A stretch of DNA of 64,000 nt from assembly GCA_039933195.1 (NCBI GenBank), contig JBDTON010000067.1:5033-69032 (forward strand), given 5' to 3'. The notes below the pieces were generated by a model. That model did no database searches. It was given only the letters and a program-made list of their open reading frames with translations, and was not told the origin of the DNA. The stretch comes from Sphingomicrobium sp. Its GTDB lineage: Bacteria > Pseudomonadota > Alphaproteobacteria > Sphingomonadales > Sphingomonadaceae. Both the position numbers and the translations under genes were made by a program. Shown piece by piece: positions 47,305-56,942 of this stretch (position 1 is the first letter of the stretch; each line of letters starts with the position of its first letter).

Positions 47305-48864
47305 ATGACGGTCGAGCCCACTCAATCCATCCTCATCGTCGACTTCGGCAGCCAGGTGACTCAGCTGATCGCGCGCCGCGTCCGCGAGGCCGGAGTCTAT
47401 TGCGAGATCGCTCCGTTCAATGCGGCCGAAGAGGCGTTCGAGCGGCTCGAACCGAAGGGTGTGATTTTCTCCGGTGGACCGGCGTCGGTGACCGAGACGG
47501 AGAGCCCGCGTGCTCCGCAAGTGCTGTTCGACAGCGGCGTGCCTTTGCTCGGCATCTGCTACGGCCAGCAGACCCTGCACCAACAGCTGGGCGGCAAGGT
47601 TGTCAGCTCCGACCAACGCGAGTTCGGGCGCGCGTTCATCAATATCGTCGCTCCGTCGCAACTTTTCGACGGCCTCTGGGCGGTCGGTGAGAAGCACCAG
47701 GTGTGGATGAGCCACGGCGACCGCGTCGAAACTTTGGCGCCGGGCTTTGAGGTGGTCGCGCGGTCGGAGGGTGCACCCTTCGCAATCGCGACGAACGAAG
47801 CGGCCAGGCGCTACAGCCTCATGTTCCATCCGGAGGTCGTGCACACGCCGGACGGCGGCAAGCTGCTGGCCAATTTCGTGCGTCATGTCTGCGGCTGCGC
47901 TGGCGACTGGACCATGGCGAGCTTCAAGGACGCGAAGATCGCCGACATCCGAGACCAGGTGGGCAGTGGACGCGTGATTTGCGGTCTTTCGGGCGGTGTC
48001 GACAGCGCCGTCGCTGCAGTGCTGATCCACGAGGCGATCGGCGAGCAGCTCACCTGCGTCTTCGTTGATCATGGGCTGATGCGCCTGGGCGAGGCGGAGC
48101 AGGTCGTTTCGCTCTTTCGGAATAGCTACAACATCCCGCTCGTTCACGTCGACGCGAGCGCCGACTTCCTCGGCGGTCTTGCCGGAGTCAGCGACCCCGA
48201 GGCCAAGCGCAAGTTCATCGGCTCCGAGTTCATCAACGTGTTCGAGGCCGAAGCGAAGAAGATCGGCGGCGCCGATTTCCTTGCCCAGGGCACGCTTTAT
48301 CCTGACGTGATCGAAAGCGTGAGCTTCACCGGCGGCCCGTCGGTGACGATCAAGAGCCACCACAATGTCGGCGGGCTTCCCGAGCGAATGAACATGAAGC
48401 TGGTCGAGCCGTTGCGTGAGCTGTTCAAGGACGAAGTGCGCGAGCTTGGGCGCGAGCTTGGCCTCCCCGAAGCCTTCGTCGAGCGCCATCCGTTCCCCGG
48501 CCCGGGTCTCGCCATCCGAATCCCCGGCGAGATCACGCGCGAGAAATGCGACATTTTGCGCAAGGCCGACGCGATCTATCTCGAGGAGATCCGCAACGCG
48601 GGGCTGTACGACTCGATTTGGCAGGCGTTCGCGGTGCTTCTTCCCGTGCGCACCGTCGGAGTGATGGGGGACTATCGCACCTACGATTTTGTCTGTGGGC
48701 TGCGTGCGGTGACCAGCGTCGATGGAATGACCGCCGACGTCTATCCGTTCGACCCCGCATTCCTCAGCCGCGTCGCGACGCGCATCGTCAACGAAGTGCA
48801 GGGAATCAATCGCGTCGTCTACGACTACACCTCGAAGCCGCCCGGCACGATCGAGTGGGAGTGA
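47305..48864 (+). CDS. guaA: GMP synthase (glutamine-hydrolysing)
   Basis: [37 protein letters not shown]. Confidence 0.97.
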   Translation: MTVEPTQSILIVDFGSQVTQLIARRVREAGVYCEIAPFNAAEEAFERLEPKGVIFSGGPASVTETESPRAPQVLFDSGVPLLGICYGQQTLHQQLGGKVVSSDQREFGRAFINIVAPSQLFDGLWAVGEKHQVWMSHGDRVETLAPGFEVVARSEGAPFAIATNEAARRYSLMFHPEVVHTPDGGKLLANFVRHVCGCAGDWTMASFKDAKIADIRDQVGSGRVICGLSGGVDSAVAAVLIHEAIGEQLTCVFVDHGLMRLGEAEQVVSLFRNSYNIPLVHVDASADFLGGLAGVSDPEAKRKFIGSEFINVFEAEAKKIGGADFLAQGTLYPDVIESVSFTGGPSVTIKSHHNVGGLPERMNMKLVEPLRELFKDEVRELGRELGLPEAFVERHPFPGPGLAIRIPGEITREKCDILRKADAIYLEEIRNAGLYDSIWQAFAVLLPVRTVGVMGDYRTYDFVCGLRAVTSVDGMTADVYPFDPAFLSRVATRIVNEVQGINRVVYDYTSKPPGTIEWE

Positions 48865-48980
48865 CTATCTGCGCCATCGTTTCCAACGGTTAACAGCAAC
48901 TTTGGGTTTACCGCTGTATTGACGGACGCGGCGGCTTGCGCTGTCAAACGCACATTCACGGAAAAACTTGGGGCTTGCTC

Positions 48981-49562
48981 GTGCATAAAATCAGGATTGG
49001 GACGGTCGTCGCTGTGGCCGCGGCCATGCTGGCGGGATGCGCGACGGCGCCGCAGCCGCAAGTCGTCGCGTCGTCTCCGCCAAAGCCGCTAGCTAACGAG
49101 ATTCCGTATCGCTGGACGCAGGGCAATGCCCCGCAGGCGCACAAGGATATGGTCGCGACGTTTGGACGGGCGGGCCTGAAGCCCGGCGAGTTCGTGCTGG
49201 GCCAATCGATACCCCAACAGGGTGACACTCGCATCGTCGTCGATCTGCTGACGCAGATGGCCTACGTCTATCGCGCCGACAAGCTCGTCGGAGCGACGAC
49301 CATTTCCAGTGCCAAGCGGGGCATGGTCACTCCGCTGGGATTCTGGTCGATCCTCGAGAAACGGCCCTTTTACCGCTCGAAAAAATACGACAACGCGCCG
49401 ATGCCTTGGATGCAGCGAATCGACTCCTACGGGATCGCCTTTCACGGTGGCAACAACCCCGGCTATCCGGCGAGCCACGGTTGCATCCGCCTGCCAATGA
49501 AGTTCGCCGAGAAGCTCTACGGCCTGACCAAGCTCGGCTCGAAGGTCGTCATCGAAGGCTGA
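48981..49562 (+). CDS. L,D-transpeptidase family lipoprotein
   Basis: Lipobox LAGC, TPLG, APMP, H.G...ASHGCIRL. Confidence 0.9.
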   Translation: MHKIRIGTVVAVAAAMLAGCATAPQPQVVASSPPKPLANEIPYRWTQGNAPQAHKDMVATFGRAGLKPGEFVLGQSIPQQGDTRIVVDLLTQMAYVYRADKLVGATTISSAKRGMVTPLGFWSILEKRPFYRSKKYDNAPMPWMQRIDSYGIAFHGGNNPGYPASHGCIRLPMKFAEKLYGLTKLGSKVVIEG

Positions 49563-49585
49563 CGTTCGAAGGGCTCCCGCAGCCC

Positions 49586-50956
49586 TTATGCGGCCCACGC
49601 GTCTTCCGGCTCTCCCGGTCGCAGCGGTAGCTCCAGCGCGGTCCTCAGTCCTGGCTCATTGTCCTCGAGGAGCAGCTCGCCGTCGTGCAGGTGGGCAATG
49701 GCCTCGGCAAGCGCCAGACCAAGGCCTGCGCCTTCCGCCGAGCGGCTCGAATCGAGCCGGCCGAAGCGGCGCCGCGCTTCGCTGCGGAGCTCGCTCGGAA
49801 TGCCCGGACCATGGTCTGCAACCTCGATGCGGATCTGCTTGCCGTCGCCATGAACGGCGAGTCGGATGTTTCCGCCCGCTGAGCCGTAGCGGACCGCATT
49901 CTCGATCAAATTGCTGACCGCTTGCGCGAGGAGCTGGCGATGACCGAACAGGGGCGTTCGACGAACTGGCGGATCATATTCGATCTCCGCGCCGGCTTCC
50001 TCGGCGAGCGGCTCGTACATTTCAGCGAGTTCCGCAACGAGTTCGCCAGGGTCGAACCAGGCGAACTGGTTGCGGCCGGTCTGTGCTTCCGACCGGCTGA
50101 TCTCCAGCGCGGCAGTCAGGATTCGAATCAGCGAGTCGGCCTGGCGGATCACGCTTCCGAGCAGCTCCTCCTGTTCCTGGGGATCGTTGGTCTCCGCCGC
50201 GGCATGGGCCGCCGATCGGAGCCGGCTGACGGGCGAGCGAAGGTCGTGCGCAAGCGCGTCGGTGAGCATCCTCAGCTCTTCCATCAAACCGCCGATCCGG
50301 TCGAGCATGGCGTTGATCTGCTGCCCGAGCCGGTCGAACGCATCGCCGGCGCCCGACAGAGGCACGCGCTGACTAAGGTCGCGCGCACCGATCCGGTCGG
50401 CGACGGCCGCGATGTCGCCGATCCGGCGTCCGACATAGTTGGCGAGAATGGCTCCGCAGGCGAGTCCGAGAAGCCCGGCGACCACCAGTGCGATCAGGAG
50501 CGACCGCTCCAGTGTCTCGCGAAGCGCGAGCCCTTCACCGACAATGCGCCCGCTGACGATCCATTGGCCCGTCGGCAGGCGGTGTATGACGATCGCCCCT
50601 TCGCGCGGCGTGGTCTGGCCTCGCAAGCGGAGCAGGGTGTTGCGATACCCTTCATGCAGCGGCTGCGCCGGCACCGTGGCGAGGTTGCCCATTTGCTGGC
50701 CGCCCCGAGAGTCGAGCAGCGCCACGGCCGTTTCCGGGTCGGCGTAGGCGATCGTGTCCTCGATGGCGTCGTACAGCGCCGCCTTGCCGCCGGAGCGGTA
50801 GACGTCGGACAGGACCTTGCCCTGCTCGAGGACCTGCTGGTGCACTTCACTCGCCGCCTCATCGTTCGTGCGCCAGTGGATGAAGCCGATGACCGCGAGG
50901 TTCGACAGCAGGGCGAGCACCCCCGCGAGCAACGCAATGCGCAGAGTCGTGGGCAT
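49586..50956 (-). CDS. Membrane sensor histidine kinase (HAMP-HisKA-HATPase)
   Basis: Two TM segments, AHDLRSP H-box, NLIENA, DHGPG, GAGLGL. Confidence 0.93.
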   Translation of the reverse strand: MPTTLRIALLAGVLALLSNLAVIGFIHWRTNDEAASEVHQQVLEQGKVLSDVYRSGGKAALYDAIEDTIAYADPETAVALLDSRGGQQMGNLATVPAQPLHEGYRNTLLRLRGQTTPREGAIVIHRLPTGQWIVSGRIVGEGLALRETLERSLLIALVVAGLLGLACGAILANYVGRRIGDIAAVADRIGARDLSQRVPLSGAGDAFDRLGQQINAMLDRIGGLMEELRMLTDALAHDLRSPVSRLRSAAHAAAETNDPQEQEELLGSVIRQADSLIRILTAALEISRSEAQTGRNQFAWFDPGELVAELAEMYEPLAEEAGAEIEYDPPVRRTPLFGHRQLLAQAVSNLIENAVRYGSAGGNIRLAVHGDGKQIRIEVADHGPGIPSELRSEARRRFGRLDSSRSAEGAGLGLALAEAIAHLHDGELLLEDNEPGLRTALELPLRPGEPEDAWAA

Positions 50957-50973
50957 CCAGGACCTTATAGCCG

Positions 50974-51657
50974 CTAGGCGGCGAGCATGTAGCCCGCGCC
51001 TCTCACGGTGTGCAGAAGCGGCTTTTCGAATCCGTCCTCGAGCTTTCGGCGAAGCCGGCTCACATGGACGTCGATGACGTTGGTCCCAGGGTCGAAATGA
51101 TAGTCCCAGACTTGCTCGAGAAGCATGGTGCGGGTGACGACTCGGCCTTCATTTCGCGCGAAATATTCGAGCAGAAGATATTCGCGCGGCTTGAGGTCGA
51201 GCTTCCTTCCCCCGCGTTTGACGGTCCGCGACAGGGGATCGATCTCGAGGTCGCCGACGGTCAGGCGATGATCGGCAGGGTTGACCCGCGCCTCGCGGCG
51301 GCGAAGCAAAGCGTTCACCCGCGCTAGCAGCTCGGCGAATGAGAAGGGCTTGACGAGATAATCGTCGGAGCCGCTTTCGAGCCCCTCGATTCGATCTCCC
51401 ACCGAGGCCAGCGCGGAAAGGATCAAGACCGGAGTCTCGATCCGCGCCGCCCGCAGCGCTTTCAGCACCGAAACCCCGTCGAGGGCCGGAAGCATGCGGT
51501 CGAGGATGATGAGGTCGAAGCTGCCGTCGGTGGCGCGGAACAGCCCATCCTGGCCGTTCGTCGCCTGCTCCACGCTGTGGCCCTCCTGAGCGAGACCCTT
51601 TGCGAGATACGCGGCCGTTTCGCGGTCGTCTTCAACAAGAAGGATCTTGCGTCCCAT
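50974..51657 (-). CDS. OmpR/PhoB family response regulator (CusR/CopR-like)
   Basis: LVEDD, LDRMLP, DDYLVKPF, TNVIDVHVSRLR, TVRGAGY. Confidence 0.95.
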   Translation of the reverse strand: MGRKILLVEDDRETAAYLAKGLAQEGHSVEQATNGQDGLFRATDGSFDLIILDRMLPALDGVSVLKALRAARIETPVLILSALASVGDRIEGLESGSDDYLVKPFSFAELLARVNALLRRREARVNPADHRLTVGDLEIDPLSRTVKRGGRKLDLKPREYLLLEYFARNEGRVVTRTMLLEQVWDYHFDPGTNVIDVHVSRLRRKLEDGFEKPLLHTVRGAGYMLAA

Positions 51658-51706
51658 GGTCTCTCCGGAAGCGGGGTGAAGCTAACGTCCCCCTCTCAAG
51701 CAAAAG

Positions 51707-51751
51707 GTTTCCGTGCGGCGACTGTCCGGGGACACGGCGCCGCACGGAAAC
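51707..51751. terminator. Long hairpin downstream of the His/Lys-rich gene
   Basis: GTTTCCGTGCGGCG...CGCCGCACGGAAAC 14-bp inverted repeat. Confidence 0.6.
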
Positions 51752-51760
51752 GAATCCGCT

Positions 51761-52042
51761 TTAGCTGGTCTTCTTTGCCGCTGCAGTCTTCTTAGCAGCC
51801 TTGTGCATGGTTTTATGCTTCGCATGGTGGCGGGCATGATGCCGAGTATGATGACGGGCGGCCGCCTTGCGCTCCTTGGCTTCTGTCGCCGCGGTTTCGC
51901 CCTCCGCCTTCGCCCCCTTGGCGATCGACGTCCTGGCCGGGACTTTGGTGGTCGTAGTCTTCGTGGTCTTCGCCGGTGCCGCGGCGTTCGCCGGGGCCGC
52001 AATCAAACCGAGCGCTGCAAGAGACGCAATCAACGCTTTCAT
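51761..52042 (-). CDS. Small secreted Lys/His/Ala/Thr-rich protein (Asr-like)
   Basis: AAGGAGG RBS, signal peptide ending ANA, RHHTRHHARHHAKH repeat, low-complexity basic mature part. Confidence 0.85.
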   Translation of the reverse strand: MKALIASLAALGLIAAPANAAAPAKTTKTTTTKVPARTSIAKGAKAEGETAATEAKERKAAARHHTRHHARHHAKHKTMHKAAKKTAAAKKTS

Positions 52043-52210
52043 CGGTCGTTCCTCCTTATTACCCGTCGAAGTGGCGGGGCGCCCGGGGCATAGGCGGCCG
52101 GGGCTCTCAATCCCGTGGCTGCAAGGTTACTTGCTGTTCATGCGGATGAGCACGAGCGGATCCGCACGGCTCGAGGAAGGACCTCGGCCGAGCGGATGGC
52201 CGAGCTGTGC

Positions 52211-52390
52211 TTAGCCGTTCTTCTTGGCGGACTTGGCCTTCTTTACCGGGGCCTTCGAGTCCTTGGCGGAAGCAACCTTGGACTTCTTGACCGGCTTGGT
52301 GACCTTGGCCGTCGACGCGGTAGTCGTTGCTGCGACGGCCGGGGCGGCAATAACGCTGAGGGCGACAAGAGAAGCGATGACACGTTTCAT
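52211..52390 (-). CDS. Small secreted Lys/Ala-rich protein, 59 aa, paralog-like of 51761-52042 (not in ORF track)
   Basis: Manual translation MKRVIASLVALSVIAAPAVAATTTASTAKVTKPVKKSKVASAKDSKAPVKKAKSAKKNG*. GGAG RBS. Confidence 0.8.
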   Translation of the reverse strand: MKRVIASLVALSVIAAPAVAATTTASTAKVTKPVKKSKVASAKDSKAPVKKAKSAKKNG

Positions 52391-52549
52391 TTTGAGTTCT
52401 CCGTGAAGTCAAAGCTCGGATTGAGCCGCGCGGCGCTCTAGAGCGGCTCGCCTCTCAGTCATGTGTCGCGCCGATTACGTGTTGTTCATCGCCGCCGCGA
52501 GCTATGCCCTTTGCGCAGCGGACTAGCGGCGCTACGCTCGCGGACACGC

Positions 52550-52987
52550 ATGATCGCCCAGAAGACCCGCTACGCATTGCGTTCGTTGCTGTTCCTTGCA
52601 GAGGATCAGGGCGGCGCCCCCGTGCAGCTCAGCCGCATCGCCGAGACTCAGCGGGTCCCGCCCAAGTATCTCGAGCTGATCATGCTCGACTTGAAGAAGG
52701 CGGGCCTGGTCAAAAGCGCGCGCGGGCCCAAGGGCGGTTATAAGCTCACCCGGCCCGCCGAGCAGATTTCGTTCGGCGAGATCGTGCGCTCGATGGAAGG
52801 GCCGATCGCGCTGGTTTCCTGCGCGAGCGTCAATTTCTACGCGCCCTGCGGCGATTGCCATGACGAAGCGACCTGCGCGATCCGCCGCGCCTTTGCGGTG
52901 CTGCGCGATCAAAGCACGGCGGTGCTCGATTCGATCTCGCTTGCCCAGGGAGCGGAGTGGGAGGAACGCCTCGGCGGCGGCGAATGA
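52550..52987 (+). CDS. Rrf2 family transcriptional regulator
   Basis: YALRSL, P.KYLELI, S.RGPKGGY.L, Cys cluster CAS...CGDC...C. Confidence 0.92.
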   Translation: MIAQKTRYALRSLLFLAEDQGGAPVQLSRIAETQRVPPKYLELIMLDLKKAGLVKSARGPKGGYKLTRPAEQISFGEIVRSMEGPIALVSCASVNFYAPCGDCHDEATCAIRRAFAVLRDQSTAVLDSISLAQGAEWEERLGGGE

Positions 52988-53019
52988 ACCGCTGGGGGAT
53001 GCGCAGACAGGGGACGGGC

Positions 53020-53451
53020 ATGGATGAACGTTTCAACCCGCGGCCGGTCGCCGGCTGGTACATGGCAGCGGCGATCGGATCGCTGGTGCTCATGGCAGCG
53101 GCCGTCGCAATCTACGCGACGCATCATCTCTTCGTCGACGTCGCGCGTTTGCCGCTCGATCAACGAGTGGCGCTGCAGGCGGAGCCGCAATGGGTGAGCA
53201 TTGCAGCGGGTGCAGGTGTTTTGACGGGCTTCGCCGGCGCGCTCCTGCTGGTGCTGAGACGGACGTCTGCCCAGCCGCTGTTGCTGCTGTCCCTGATCGC
53301 CACGTTGGTGTGGCTGGCGGGCCTCTTCGCTTCGCCGGTGCGCGAAGCGCTGTCCACCAACGATATTGCCGTTGCGGTGGTCGCCACCGTGCTCAGCTGG
53401 ACGATCTACTGGTTCGCTCGGCATTCCCGGCAGCGTGGGTGGCTGCGCTGA
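53020..53451 (+). CDS. Four-TM hypothetical membrane protein
   Basis: Four hydrophobic segments, C-terminal RGWLR. Confidence 0.7.
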   Translation: MDERFNPRPVAGWYMAAAIGSLVLMAAAVAIYATHHLFVDVARLPLDQRVALQAEPQWVSIAAGAGVLTGFAGALLLVLRRTSAQPLLLLSLIATLVWLAGLFASPVREALSTNDIAVAVVATVLSWTIYWFARHSRQRGWLR

Positions 53452-53487
53452 TCAGGTAGCGCTGGCCCGCCTGCAGCGGAGCGGATT

Positions 53488-53670
53488 TCAGCCGGGGACG
53501 CTGAAGCGCTGCTGCAGGAGCGAACGATCAGCAACCGCGAGATGGACAGTGGCCGCTGCGGTGGCTGGCGAGTGAGTTGAGCTGGACCCTGCGGGACTAG
53601 TCAGAGCAGCCGTGGGGAGAGCGAGCAGGACCGCAAGGCCGACGTCCCCCAGCCATTTCCGGTTTACCAT
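53488..53670 (-). CDS. Small hypothetical, probably exported peptide
   Basis: GGAG RBS, hydrophobic N-terminus GLAVLLALPTAAL. Confidence 0.45.
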   Translation of the reverse strand: MVNRKWLGDVGLAVLLALPTAALTSPAGSSSTHSPATAAATVHLAVADRSLLQQRFSVPG

Positions 53671-53814
53671 CTTCAACTCCGATCCATCCGCGAACAAATC
53701 GTCCGCACCTGAATGTTTGACGAAGAGCCCCGGTTAATGTTGCGGCTGTTGTCGATAGACCGTTGGTAAGGCAGGACTGGCTGTTGCAGTGCACCGCCGC
53801 TAGAAGCCGCGGCC

Positions 53815-54684
53815 ATGTCGACCTTCACCATGGACACGAGCACGAGCCGTGCCACTCCGGTGCCCGTTCCCGGCAAGCGGATGACCGCGCCGTCCATTCG
53901 CGCGCGCAAGGTTGATGGAACAACCGAACATCCGATCGTGATGCTCACCGCCTACACCATGCGGATGGCGCAGCTGCTGGATCCGCATTGCGACATGCTG
54001 CTGGTCGGCGACAGCCTGGGGCAGGTGATCTACGGACTGTCGTCCACCATTCCTGTTACGATGGAGATGATGTGCGCGCATGGCGCGGCCGTCGTCCGCG
54101 GCAGCTGGCACGCCCTTGTTAGTGTGGACATGCCGTTCGGCTCGTATGAGGCATCGCCCGAGCAGGCTTTCGCCTCAGCGTCGCGGATCATGAAGGAAAC
54201 CGGCTGCGCGGCGGTAAAGCTCGAAGGCGGCGAGGCAATGGCGCCGACGATCGATTTCCTGACGCACCGGGGTGTGCCGGTGATCGGCCACGTCGGGCTT
54301 ACGCCGCAAGCGGTAAATGTGCTCGGCGGCTACGGCGCCCGCGGCCGCGAGGAGATCGAGGCGCAGAAGATCCTCGCCGATGCGAAGGCGGTGGCCGATG
54401 CCGGGGCCTTCTGCATCGTCGTGGAAGGAGTCGTTGAGAATATCGCGACCCAAGTCGCCGGCGCAGTCGTTGCGCCGGTAATCGGAATCGGCGCATCGGC
54501 CGAGTGCGACGGCCAGGTGCTGGTCACCGAAGACATGCTCGGGCTGTTCGAGCGCACGCCGCGGTTCGTGAAGCGCTACGACGATCTGGCCGCTCGCATC
54601 GGCGAGGCGGCGCGGACCTATGCCGAGGAGGTCCGATCGCGCAGCTTCCCGACGGCCGACCAGACCTACCGGCCGAAACCCTAA
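53815..54684 (+). CDS. panB: 3-methyl-2-oxobutanoate hydroxymethyltransferase
   Basis: [45 protein letters not shown]. Confidence 0.96.
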   Translation: MSTFTMDTSTSRATPVPVPGKRMTAPSIRARKVDGTTEHPIVMLTAYTMRMAQLLDPHCDMLLVGDSLGQVIYGLSSTIPVTMEMMCAHGAAVVRGSWHALVSVDMPFGSYEASPEQAFASASRIMKETGCAAVKLEGGEAMAPTIDFLTHRGVPVIGHVGLTPQAVNVLGGYGARGREEIEAQKILADAKAVADAGAFCIVVEGVVENIATQVAGAVVAPVIGIGASAECDGQVLVTEDMLGLFERTPRFVKRYDDLAARIGEAARTYAEEVRSRSFPTADQTYRPKP

Positions 54685-54805
54685 ACGGCCTTTGCCTTTT
54701 CCGGCGCAGCCGCTAGACGAGGCGCCGCCAGCTTCCATTCATCGTGGGTGGGAAAGGAAGCGACCCGGCAAGTGGAATCCCGATCGAGCGGACTGAGGCA
54801 CGTCT

Positions 54806-55504
54806 TTGGCGCAACCCCCTGATATCACCGAAACGTTCGTCCGCGAGGTGGATGAGAATCTGCGTCGCGACCGTGCTCGTGATTTTGCCAAGAAATATGG
54901 CGGCTGGCTGATCGCCGCACTGATCCTGTTTCTCGCCGCGAGCGGCGGTTACATCTACTGGCAATACTATCAGCAACAACGCTCCGGGAAACAGGTGGAA
55001 CAGCTTGCCGAAGCCTTCAAGGCCTTCGGCAGCGGCGACAAAGCGTCGGCGACAAAGCAGATCGACGATCTCTCAAAAAACGGCAGCAAGGCAGTGCGCG
55101 CCACGGCCTTGTTCACTCGCGCGGCGATTGCGCTCGAGCAGAACGATCTCAAGCTCGCAACGGCGAAATATCGCGAGATCGCGGGCGACTCCGGATTACC
55201 GAAGCCGTACCGCGACGCCGCGCTGATCCGCCAAACGGCGCTCGAATTCGATTCTCTTCAGCCGCAGGAAATCATCGCGCGTCTTCAGCCGCTGACAACC
55301 CCGGGCAATCCTTGGTTCGGCACGGCCGGCGAGATGACCGCCATGGCGCTGATCAAGCAGGGCAAGAAAAATGAAGCGGCGCACCTTTTCGCCGCGATCG
55401 CCAAAGACGCGAGCGTCCCCGGCTCGCTCCGCTCCCGTTCCGTCCAGATCTCCGGAAGTCTCGGCGTCGACGCCAGCGGCGCAATCGCCGCACCGGCCCA
55501 GTAG
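54806..55504 (+). CDS. YfgM-like TPR membrane-anchored protein
   Basis: FVREVDENLRRD, single TM, helical repeats. Lies upstream of the PQQ-repeat gene and der. Confidence 0.8.
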   Translation: MAQPPDITETFVREVDENLRRDRARDFAKKYGGWLIAALILFLAASGGYIYWQYYQQQRSGKQVEQLAEAFKAFGSGDKASATKQIDDLSKNGSKAVRATALFTRAAIALEQNDLKLATAKYREIAGDSGLPKPYRDAALIRQTALEFDSLQPQEIIARLQPLTTPGNPWFGTAGEMTAMALIKQGKKNEAAHLFAAIAKDASVPGSLRSRSVQISGSLGVDASGAIAAPAQ

Positions 55505-55512
55505 GACCAACC

Positions 55513-56847
55513 ATGATTAGCAAGAAACATTTCCGCGTTGCCGTGCTGATTGCCGCGGCGCTGGCTGCGAGTGGCTGCGGCGTGTTGAAGAAGGGGAAGA
55601 AGGCGGCGACTCCGGTCCTCGGGCAGCGCATCGCGGTGCTCACAAGCGAGGGCGACGTCCAGGTCGATCCGGCGACTGCCGCCCTGCCGATGAGCTTGCC
55701 CGAGCCGGTGGCCAACACAGAGTGGACACAATCCGGGGGGAGCGCGTCGAAGTCGCTGGGTCAGGTGGCGCTGGGAACCGCGCTCGCGCGGGCGTTCACT
55801 GTGCAGGCCGGCCGCGGAAGCAGCCTGACCGCAAGGCTGGCGGCGGCGCCGATCGCCGCCAACGGCCGAGTGTACACGATCGACACATTGGGCGCCGTGC
55901 GCGCGTTCGATGCGCGGACGGGCGCTCCGATCTGGGCGAGTCAGACGCCCGACGACAGGGGCAATGAAGCATCGCTCTATGGCGGCGGGATCGCCTACGA
56001 CAACGGCCGAATCTACGCGACGAACGGGCTCGGCTACGTCGCGGCGATGGATGAGCGCAACGGCGGAATCGTGTGGAAAGTTCGCCCCGGCGGCTCGCTG
56101 CGCGGGGCGCCGACGATCGCCAGCGGCGCGATCTACGTAATCAGCCAGGACAACCAGATCTACGCGCTGAATGAGGCGGACGGGGCAAGCAATTGGTCGG
56201 CGGCCGCTTCGGTCGAGATCGCCGGCATCTTCGGGTCGGCGTCTCCCGCCGTGGGCCAGGGCACGGTCGTCGCCGGCTTCTCGTCGGGCGAGCTCAACGC
56301 CTACCGCTATGAGAACGGGCGCCAAGTCTGGCAGGATGCGCTGCAGCGCACCAGCATTCGCACCAGCGTCTCATCGCTCTCGGACATCGATGCCGACCCG
56401 GTGATCGACAACGGCCAGGTGTTCGCCGTCGGCCAGGGCGGCCGCATGGTCGCACTCGAGATCACCACCGGGCAGCGGATGTGGGAGCTCAACATCGGCG
56501 GGATCGACACCCCATGGGTCGCCGGCGACTGGATTTTCGTCATCACCGACGATGCCAAGCTGCTCTGCATTTCGCGGCAGAACGGGCACATCCGCTGGAT
56601 CAACCAGCTTCCCGAGTTTGTGCACGCCAAGTCGAAGAAAGGCGAGATCGAATATTCCGGCCCGGTGCTCGCCGGCAGGCGGCTGATCGTCACCGGTTCG
56701 ACCGGCGTCATCGTCAACGTCGATCCGATGACGGGATCGTTCCAGAGCCAGACCAACGTTGGCGCTCCGATCAGCCTGCCGCCCATCGTCGCCAATTCCA
56801 TGCTCTACGTGCTCGACGACAACGGCCGGCTGACGGCTTTTCGCTAA
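55513..56847 (+). CDS. PQQ-like beta-propeller lipoprotein (BamB-like)
   Basis: Lipobox ASGC, repeated A.D..TG...W blades, yfgM-bamB-der synteny. Confidence 0.85.
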   Translation: MISKKHFRVAVLIAAALAASGCGVLKKGKKAATPVLGQRIAVLTSEGDVQVDPATAALPMSLPEPVANTEWTQSGGSASKSLGQVALGTALARAFTVQAGRGSSLTARLAAAPIAANGRVYTIDTLGAVRAFDARTGAPIWASQTPDDRGNEASLYGGGIAYDNGRIYATNGLGYVAAMDERNGGIVWKVRPGGSLRGAPTIASGAIYVISQDNQIYALNEADGASNWSAAASVEIAGIFGSASPAVGQGTVVAGFSSGELNAYRYENGRQVWQDALQRTSIRTSVSSLSDIDADPVIDNGQVFAVGQGGRMVALEITTGQRMWELNIGGIDTPWVAGDWIFVITDDAKLLCISRQNGHIRWINQLPEFVHAKSKKGEIEYSGPVLAGRRLIVTGSTGVIVNVDPMTGSFQSQTNVGAPISLPPIVANSMLYVLDDNGRLTAFR

Positions 56848-56849
56848 AG

Positions 56850-56916
56850 GTCATCGCGAGCGCAGCGAAGCAATCCAGTCTGGGTCGCCGCGTCGCTTGC
56901 GGCTCCTCGCAATGAC
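56850..56916. repeat. REP-like palindromic element, family A
   Basis: GTCATCGCGAG...CTCGCAATGAC terminal inverted repeat. Confidence 0.8.
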
Positions 56917-56942
56917 GCCGTGCATCGACTAGTCGGACCGCC

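Noticed and set aside
52224-52406. 60-aa plus-strand ORF in the ORF track
   Set aside because: It is the antisense shadow of the minus-strand 59-aa gene, which has an RBS, a signal peptide and a paralog-like neighbour.
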